DNA of 64,000 nt from Candidatus Omnitrophota bacterium (lineage in GTDB: Bacteria > Omnitrophota > Gorgyraeia > Zapsychrales > Fredricksoniimonadaceae). The position numbers and the translations under genes are program-made. The notes beneath the pieces were generated by a model. That model did not search any database. It was not told the DNA's origin and saw only the letters and a list, made by a program, of their open reading frames with translations. The stretch spans positions 39,421-103,420 of the forward strand of contig JADFYI010000003.1 in assembly GCA_015233145.1 (NCBI GenBank), written 5' to 3'. Shown here one piece after another: positions 57,875 to 64,000 of this stretch; the stretch's first letter is position 1; the number at the start of each line of letters is the position of its first letter.

Positions 57875-58633
57875 ATGGAAAATTTAGAAGCCCAGGAAGT
57901 TTTGCTCAGATGGGGTGATCACGGAACCCCTAAGTCTGCGATTTTTGATGACAAGTATTTTTGTGAAGATCAGGGGTATGAAGAAGCGGTTTATGTCTGT
58001 TGTGAGGGGAATTCTTTGCAAAAGCGCTTCTCCGGCCTTGATCCACAGAAAAAGGGGACTTTTACTGTTCTGGAAACCGGTTTTGGCACGGGGTTGGATT
58101 TTTGCTGTGCCTGGCAGGTTTGGGACGAATATGCACCTGTCTCCTGGAAACTCCATTTTATTTCTGTTGAATTGTACCCGCTTTCTTCGGAGCAGGTAGG
58201 CCGGGCCCTGGGCCTTTGGCCGGCATTGTCCGGTTATAAAGACAGCCTTGTGTCGCAGTACCAGTTTTCAATCCATGATATTAAGAATTTTTATTTTAAT
58301 GACCAGCGGGTTTGCTTAACCATTGCCTTTGACCATGTTGTTTTGGCGCTTTCAAAAATCAAGGAAAAACGCCTTGCACCCCAGGGGGCTGATGCCTTGT
58401 TTTTAGACGGGTTTGCGCCTTCCAAGAATCCGGAAATGTGGTCACCCGAGGTTTTTAAAGCCATGGCCGCATTAAGTCATGAAGGAACAACGCTTTCGAC
58501 ATTTACTGTGGCAGGAAACGTGCGCAGGGGGCTTGAGGCCGCAGGATTCACAGTCCAGAGGGTTCCCGGCCATGGAAAAAAACAGCACATATTGACAGGC
58601 TTTTTTAACCCGCAGGGCCTTGCGGTTCAATAA
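57875..58633 (+). CDS. mnmD: tRNA mnm5s2U34 methyltransferase, stand-alone MnmC N-terminal domain
   Basis: PKSAIFDDKYF, LETGFGTGL, FLDGFAPSKNPEMW, VRRGL..AGF. Confidence 0.9.
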   Translation: MENLEAQEVLLRWGDHGTPKSAIFDDKYFCEDQGYEEAVYVCCEGNSLQKRFSGLDPQKKGTFTVLETGFGTGLDFCCAWQVWDEYAPVSWKLHFISVELYPLSSEQVGRALGLWPALSGYKDSLVSQYQFSIHDIKNFYFNDQRVCLTIAFDHVVLALSKIKEKRLAPQGADALFLDGFAPSKNPEMWSPEVFKAMAALSHEGTTLSTFTVAGNVRRGLEAAGFTVQRVPGHGKKQHILTGFFNPQGLAVQ

Positions 58634-59220
58634 TGGGAGAATCGGCCATGATTGTTCTTATTGCGATTGTTTTTTTTGCGGTTTTTTCTGTGATGTCGCA
58701 GTATAACCGCCAGGTGGCCTTGCGCAGCCGCCTTGAGGAGGCATTAAGCGGAGTGGACGTGCAGCTGAAACGCAGGCACGACCTTATCCCGAATCTTGTT
58801 TCGATTGTGAAAGGCTATGCCCGCTATGAAAAAGACCTTTTGGAAGAAGTGACTTTGGCGCGCAGCAAGGCTGTTCAGTGGGACAATACCATCGAACGCG
58901 CCAGGGCCGAGGGCCAGCTGGCCTTGGGATTGAGGAGCCTTTTAGCCGTTGCCGAAAGGTATCCTGATTTGAAGGCCAATCAGAGTTTCTTGGGTTTGCA
59001 AACATCTCTGGTAAAAGTTGAAGACGAGCTTCAAATGGCGCGGCGCTATTACAACGGGACAGTGCGCGATTACAATGTCTGCATTAAATCTTTTCCCGGA
59101 AATGTGGTGGCAGGGATGTACGGTTTTAAACCAGCGCAGTTTTTTGAAATTGAGTACGCCACAGACCGTGCGGTTGTGGATGTCAGCTTTTCACAATCCC
59201 TAAAAGGAGAGGGCGCATGA
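58633..59220 (+). CDS. lemA: LemA family protein
   Basis: VQLKRRHDLIPNLV, AVAERYPDLKAN, ARRYYN, FPGN. Confidence 0.93.
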   Translation: MGESAMIVLIAIVFFAVFSVMSQYNRQVALRSRLEEALSGVDVQLKRRHDLIPNLVSIVKGYARYEKDLLEEVTLARSKAVQWDNTIERARAEGQLALGLRSLLAVAERYPDLKANQSFLGLQTSLVKVEDELQMARRYYNGTVRDYNVCIKSFPGNVVAGMYGFKPAQFFEIEYATDRAVVDVSFSQSLKGEGA

Positions 59221-61124
59221 AAAAAGTTTTGACAGCATTGTTTTTCACCTTCTGTTTGGCCGCCTCTTCGCTGGCTTGGGCGACTGAACGGATTTTGTCT
59301 TTTCACAGTGATGTTGATGTGCATTATAACGGATCCATGGCTGTCACAGAAACCATCCGCGTGCATGCCGAGGGCCAGAGGATCCGCCACGGGATTTACA
59401 GGGATTTTCCGACACATTATCGAGGCCGCGGGGGTGAAAATGTTGTTGTGGATTTTAATCTTGTTTCGGTCTTAAGAGATGGGGTTGGGGAGGATTATCA
59501 CACCGCGGTTCAGCCTAACGGTATTCGCATTTATATCGGCCGAAAAGACTCTTTTTTGCCTCAAGGCGATTACACATATGTTGTCACTTATTCTACAAAT
59601 CGTCAGTTAGGATTCTTTAAGGACCACGACGAATTATATTGGAACGTGACTGGAAACGGCTGGGCTTTTGATATTGAACAGGCTTCGGCGACGGTGAATC
59701 TTCCTCGTGCCGCTCTGGATAAGGTTAAGTTTGTTGACGCATTTACCGGAGGGTACGGCGCTGTCAAAAAGAATTTCTCAACCCGAAAGGGTGAGAATGG
59801 GGAGGTTGTCTTTGAGACAACGCGCGCCTTAAGTCCCAGGGAAGGGCTTACGGTTCTTGTGACCTGGCCCAAAGGATACGTTGAGGAGCCTTCTTCATCT
59901 CAAAAATTTGAGCTTTTTGTCAAAGACAATCTTGGTATTATTTTTGGTGTTAGTGGCGTCATTGTTCTTTTTTTATTTTTCTTTTTTGTGTGGAATCAGG
60001 TGGGGCGGGACCCGGAAAAAGGGACGATTATTCCGCTTTTTTATCCGCCTGAAGGCCTTTCTCCGGCGGATGTCAGGTATCTGATGAAAATGGGGTATGA
60101 CCAGAAGATCATTGCCTGTGCGGTCATTAATATGGCAGTCAAAGGGTATTTGACGATTGAAGAGCAGGACAGCGTCAGATATCTTCGCAGGACTGAAAAG
60201 AAAGAGGACGTCCTTTTGCCCGAGGAAAAAGACTTGGCGAAATTGTTTTTTAGCAACGGCATGGTGTTAAAGCTTTCCAATGAGAATTATGAAGTTATCG
60301 GCGCTGGTGTCAGGCAGTTTCAAAGAACATTGGCCAGAAATTTTGAAAATACTTATTTTGTGACGAACAGAAATTATTTCTTGATCGGGCTTGCGCTGTC
60401 TCTGGCCGTTGTCGGAGTTTCGGCGGCGCTGGGCGCCCGCCAGCCGGCAATGGCGGTTTTTATGGGGTTCTGGCTTTCCATCTGGACTGTGGGGACATCA
60501 GCCATGTCCGTTGCAATTGCCCAGAAGTGGCAGGGGATCTGGAGCGGCAGGGGAGAGCCGGTGTCTGCGGTATTTTTAACTCTTTTTTCTTTACCTTTTT
60601 TTGCCGGGGAAGTATTTGGCCTCTGGCTTTTTGCCGGCGCGGTGTCCATAGGCGTTGTTATGGTTCTCGTGGCCGTTATTGTGATGGACGTGGTTTTTTA
60701 TCATTTGCTTAAAGCTCCCACCATGCAGGGACGGAAAATTATGGACCAGGTCGAAGGCTTTAAAATGTATCTTTCGGTTGCGGAAAAAGACCGTTTGCAA
60801 ATGGCAGGCGCGCCCGTTGATTCAAAAGAAATTTTTGAAAAGTATTTGCCGTATGCCCTGGCATTAAATGTGGAACAGCCGTGGTCGGATCGTTTTGCCC
60901 GTATTTTGGAGCAGGCAGGAGAAGGTGGCAGGGCCTACCATCCTTCCTGGTATTCGGGTGCTCTTTGGTCGTCAACAGGATGTGCCGGATTTGCCTCGAT
61001 TTTAGGGGGAACGTTGTCCAATACAATCAGTTCTTCCGCGGTGGCGCCAGGCTCAAGCTCTGGCGGCGGAGGCGGCGGGTTTTCAGGTGGCGGCGGCGGA
61101 GGCGGTGGTGGAGGAGGATGGTAA
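59217..61124 (+). CDS. DUF2207 membrane protein with Gly-rich C-terminus
   Basis: RHGIYRD, ELYWNVTG, YLPYALAL, GGGGFSGGGGGGGGGGGW; typical lemA neighbour. Confidence 0.9.
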   Translation: MKKVLTALFFTFCLAASSLAWATERILSFHSDVDVHYNGSMAVTETIRVHAEGQRIRHGIYRDFPTHYRGRGGENVVVDFNLVSVLRDGVGEDYHTAVQPNGIRIYIGRKDSFLPQGDYTYVVTYSTNRQLGFFKDHDELYWNVTGNGWAFDIEQASATVNLPRAALDKVKFVDAFTGGYGAVKKNFSTRKGENGEVVFETTRALSPREGLTVLVTWPKGYVEEPSSSQKFELFVKDNLGIIFGVSGVIVLFLFFFFVWNQVGRDPEKGTIIPLFYPPEGLSPADVRYLMKMGYDQKIIACAVINMAVKGYLTIEEQDSVRYLRRTEKKEDVLLPEEKDLAKLFFSNGMVLKLSNENYEVIGAGVRQFQRTLARNFENTYFVTNRNYFLIGLALSLAVVGVSAALGARQPAMAVFMGFWLSIWTVGTSAMSVAIAQKWQGIWSGRGEPVSAVFLTLFSLPFFAGEVFGLWLFAGAVSIGVVMVLVAVIVMDVVFYHLLKAPTMQGRKIMDQVEGFKMYLSVAEKDRLQMAGAPVDSKEIFEKYLPYALALNVEQPWSDRFARILEQAGEGGRAYHPSWYSGALWSSTGCAGFASILGGTLSNTISSSAVAPGSSSGGGGGGFSGGGGGGGGGGGW

Positions 61125-61173
61125 TTTTCAAAGGATTCTTTGAAAATTACCCTTAATTAACAAGGAGTCAAAC

Positions 61174-62043
61174 ATGTTAAGTCCTAATTTAAAGAAACAA
61201 TTTTTGAGCGCCCAGAAGAATGAAATAACCGAGCACGTTGTTTACAAACAGTTGGCACGGGTTGTAAAAAATGATGCCAATGCCCAGGTGTTGGAAAAGA
61301 TTTCCGCAGAAGAGTTGGCGCATTATGAATACTTCAGAGCCATGACAGGCGAAGACGTAAGGCCTGATCATTGGAAGGCCGTATTTTACGCCAATATTTC
61401 GAGGATGCTGGGTTTGAATTTCGGATTGAAATTAATGGAAAATGGCGAAGGCCTGGCCCAGGATACTTATAACAATTGGAAAGCGGAATTCCCCAAGATT
61501 GATCTTATTATGCAGGAAGAAAAAGAACATGAGGCTGCGCTTTTGAATCTCATTAATGAAGACCGCCTGAATTATGTCAGTTCCGTGATCCTGGGACTCA
61601 ATGATGCCTTGATTGAGCTCACAGCAACAGTGGCCGGCTTTACCCTGGCGTTGCAAAACACAAAACTGATCGGCATGCTGGGGCTTATTACAGGCATAGC
61701 CGCTGCCATGTCCATGGCGGCTTCCGAATATCTGGCCACAAAACATGAGGCAGAGGCCAAGGACCCGTTAAAGGCCAGTATTTATACCGGGCTTTCTTAT
61801 ATCGGGGCTGTGGCAATACTGGTTTTACCGTATTTCTTGTTAAGTAATATTTTTCTATGCCTCATCGTAACAATTTCCTTGTCCCTTATTATTATTTTGA
61901 TCTTTACCTTTTATACGTCGGTGGCGCAAGGCCTTGATTTTAAGGGCCGTTTTTGGGAAATGGCTATTTTGAGCGTGGGCATTGCAGGAGTAACGTTTTT
62001 AATCGGCCTTGCCGCGAGAAAAATTTTTGGCATTACCGTGTAA
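61174..62043 (+). CDS. Rubrerythrin-like/VIT1-CCC1 iron transporter fusion
   Basis: E..H di-iron motifs (EELAH, EKEH); VILGLNDAL, SMAASEYL. Confidence 0.88.
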   Translation: MLSPNLKKQFLSAQKNEITEHVVYKQLARVVKNDANAQVLEKISAEELAHYEYFRAMTGEDVRPDHWKAVFYANISRMLGLNFGLKLMENGEGLAQDTYNNWKAEFPKIDLIMQEEKEHEAALLNLINEDRLNYVSSVILGLNDALIELTATVAGFTLALQNTKLIGMLGLITGIAAAMSMAASEYLATKHEAEAKDPLKASIYTGLSYIGAVAILVLPYFLLSNIFLCLIVTISLSLIIILIFTFYTSVAQGLDFKGRFWEMAILSVGIAGVTFLIGLAARKIFGITV

Positions 62044-62127
62044 GGCGTTATTAAAATTTTTAATTTCAGTGATAAGAAAATTCTTTTTTGATGGTATGAT
62101 ATTTTTGTATCATTAATGGAGGAAGAT

Positions 62128-62505
62128 ATGATTTTAGTAAGACTTTTTCTTTTGAGCGCATCAATATTATTGTTGGCGCCTTTGGCTGTAAAGGCTGATG
62201 TGGGAGTGGACCCCAAGGTTTATCACGAACAGCGCCAGGCTGAGAAAAGGGCACGGCTTGAAGCTTTAGCCGCGCAAAAAAATGCGCCTCGGCCCGTGAC
62301 TGAAGAGCGACGCAGAGCTTCAACGCCAAAGCCGTCTGTTGTAAAACATAAGGTTGTTCCAGTGGAGAATGCTCCTGAAAATGTTTTGAAAGCCGGTGAG
62401 CATGCTCAGGATAAAGAAACAGCTCCTTTGGAGCCGGCGCGCAGTGAGATCCTGACCGTTAATGCCGCGGCAGTCCCGAATGATTTGCCTTCGGAGACAA
62501 AGTAA
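62128..62505 (+). CDS. Secreted hypothetical protein
   Basis: GGAGG SD, signal peptide, low-complexity body. Confidence 0.6.
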   Translation: MILVRLFLLSASILLLAPLAVKADVGVDPKVYHEQRQAEKRARLEALAAQKNAPRPVTEERRRASTPKPSVVKHKVVPVENAPENVLKAGEHAQDKETAPLEPARSEILTVNAAAVPNDLPSETK

Positions 62506-62564
62506 TTTTGATAAACATTTTTTCCTTCCTAAAACAATGAAATTCTGCCGAGAGATTTCCTGAT

Positions 62565-62894
62565 ATGACGTTTGAAGAGTTATTGTCTGAAGTTAATAAA
62601 ATCAAATGTGAAGAAAAACGCGGCGAGACGCCGGACTATCTTGAAGTTGTTGTTGGCAAGGCGGAATGGGGAAAGTTGACGGACATTCTTTCTTCCTATT
62701 GGGGGCAGGCCTTTAAGCCCGAGGGGGCTTCACCTTCCCGTGAGGCTGATTTATATTCCAAAGACTTTGGGGGCATCCAGAAGAATCAAACAATGTATTT
62801 TCGAAAGAATGGCAATGGTTGCGAACTTGCCCTTGTGTGGCCGTGGGGAAGCGGGAATTCTTTAACGGCTAAACTTATCAGAAAATCTTCCTGA
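62565..62894 (+). CDS. Hypothetical protein
   Basis: Clean ORF with GGIQKNQT and WPW motifs. Confidence 0.7.
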   Translation: MTFEELLSEVNKIKCEEKRGETPDYLEVVVGKAEWGKLTDILSSYWGQAFKPEGASPSREADLYSKDFGGIQKNQTMYFRKNGNGCELALVWPWGSGNSLTAKLIRKSS

Positions 62895-62912
62895 TCCCGG
62901 AATTCAAGTTTC

Positions 62913-63890
62913 ATGAAAAATTTCTATCATCGTTCTAAAACCAACCAGGCACCACGGCGTACGTCTTCTTATGCCAGGCCCCAGCATCCGCATCCAAAGG
63001 TCTTTCGCACCACTGATGAGGCGGAAAGCCTGTTTTTGGCTGGTGTTCCTGTGGATCCTTCTCCGCGGATACGTCTTGAGGACGGTTGTCAGGAGCTGAC
63101 CATGCGCGCCATGGACCTCATTTGCCCTATCGGCATGGGGCAACGCGGGCTTATTGTGGCGCCGCCCGGCTCAGGGAAAACCACAATCCTCAAGCACATT
63201 TGTCAGGCTGTGTCCAAGAGCGCTCCTGGCGTAAAAATTTATTGCCTTTTGATTGATGAAAGGCCGGAAGAGGTGACCGATTTTCGTCGCAGCGTTACGG
63301 CCGAGGTGAGATGGTCATCGTCAGATCAGAGTTATGACCACCATGTGGCAACCGCAGATGAACTCATGCGCCAGGCCATGCTCGAAGCCGGCAAGGGTGA
63401 GAACGTGATGGTTTTAATCGACTCCTTAACAAGGCTGTCGCGCGTGCATAACGCGGAAAGGCGTTCCAGCGGGCGCACGCTTTCCGGAGGGGTTGATGCC
63501 CGCGCCCTTGAAGTCCCCCGGCGGATTTTTGGCTCGGCCCGCAAGATTGAAAATGGCGGGTCGCTTTCGATCCTTGCAACCATTCTCATTGAAACCGGGA
63601 GCCGGATGGATGAGGTTATTTTTGAGGAATTTAAAGGCACGGGGAACATGGAGGTCGTGCTTTCGCGCGAGATTGCCAATCGAAGAATTTTTCCGGCCAT
63701 TGATATTTCCAAAAGCGCAACCCGCAAGGAGGAGCTTTTGCTTCTTCCCGACGAGCGTGAACAGATATCAAAGATCCGTCGTGTTTTGGCCGGGCTTAAC
63801 CCGGTTGAGGCCATGCAGTCTTTGGTTGAGCAACTGGAAAAATATCCCACTAATAATGAGCTTTTGGCTGCTGTCCGCGGCCGGGCTTGA
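62913..63890 (+). CDS. rho: Rho-like ATPase, short form lacking the N-terminal RNA-binding domain
   Basis: PIGMGQRGLIVAPPGSGKT, LLIDERPEEV, DSLTRL, SGRTLSGG, EEFKGTGNME, TRKEELL. Confidence 0.9.
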   Translation: MKNFYHRSKTNQAPRRTSSYARPQHPHPKVFRTTDEAESLFLAGVPVDPSPRIRLEDGCQELTMRAMDLICPIGMGQRGLIVAPPGSGKTTILKHICQAVSKSAPGVKIYCLLIDERPEEVTDFRRSVTAEVRWSSSDQSYDHHVATADELMRQAMLEAGKGENVMVLIDSLTRLSRVHNAERRSSGRTLSGGVDARALEVPRRIFGSARKIENGGSLSILATILIETGSRMDEVIFEEFKGTGNMEVVLSREIANRRIFPAIDISKSATRKEELLLLPDEREQISKIRRVLAGLNPVEAMQSLVEQLEKYPTNNELLAAVRGRA

Positions 63891-63907
63891 CAAAGATGTC
63901 TTCTTTT

Positions 63908-64000
63908 TTGGATTCTACTCCCCAGACCGATTTCGGCCTCCAGCCTTTGGATGAAGTGATGACGCGTTTAGGGCTTTCCAATGCGGATTTAGTCCGGGTT
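63908..64000 (+). CDS. Probable 5' part of a small hypothetical protein, cut by the window edge
   Basis: Open frame from TTG: (M)DSTPQTDFGLQPLDEVMTRLGLSNADLVRV. Confidence 0.45.
   Translation, partial: MDSTPQTDFGLQPLDEVMTRLGLSNADLVRV

Noticed and set aside
61060-61121. GGC/GGT simple repeat as a phase-variation tract
   Set aside because: Mixed Gly codons encoding the conserved DUF2207 tail; in-frame triplets.

Overview
Bacterial chromosomal window, almost entirely + strand, from a diderm organism; gene content and style suggest Ca. Omnitrophota/PVC, but that is inference only. In order: the 3' part of a CheB-CheR-PAS histidine kinase plus a receiver protein; tRNA-Leu(CAG); a ~33 kb co-directional cell-surface island; smpB, a nucleotidyltransferase pair and tmRNA followed by a hairpin-rich insert; signalling genes and GT-C-type membrane proteins; a CusRS-like pair; a repeat-rich autotransporter; a TMTC-like TPR protein; mnmD, lemA, DUF2207, a rubrerythrin-VIT1 fusion and a short Rho paralog. 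The island holds a stand-alone POTRA-like protein, TpsB, a 1890-aa TpsA with a C-terminal Cys loop, three minor pilins, a BldC-like HTH protein, a Wzx/Wzy exopolysaccharide cluster with a degenerate Wzc kinase and a GH51-like hydrolase, rfbBACD, and a duplicated SurA-like lipoprotein/HAMP module. The best leads are (1) the adhesin-pilin-EPS island with phased operator repeats, (2) a shared structured element directly after the CCA of both tRNA-Leu and tmRNA, the tmRNA copy lying inside a 14-bp att-like duplication with no integrase, and (3) the SurA/HAMP/HExxH module. No CRISPR array, rRNA, transposase, integrase or reverse transcriptase was seen. All calls come from motif reading, not database searches.
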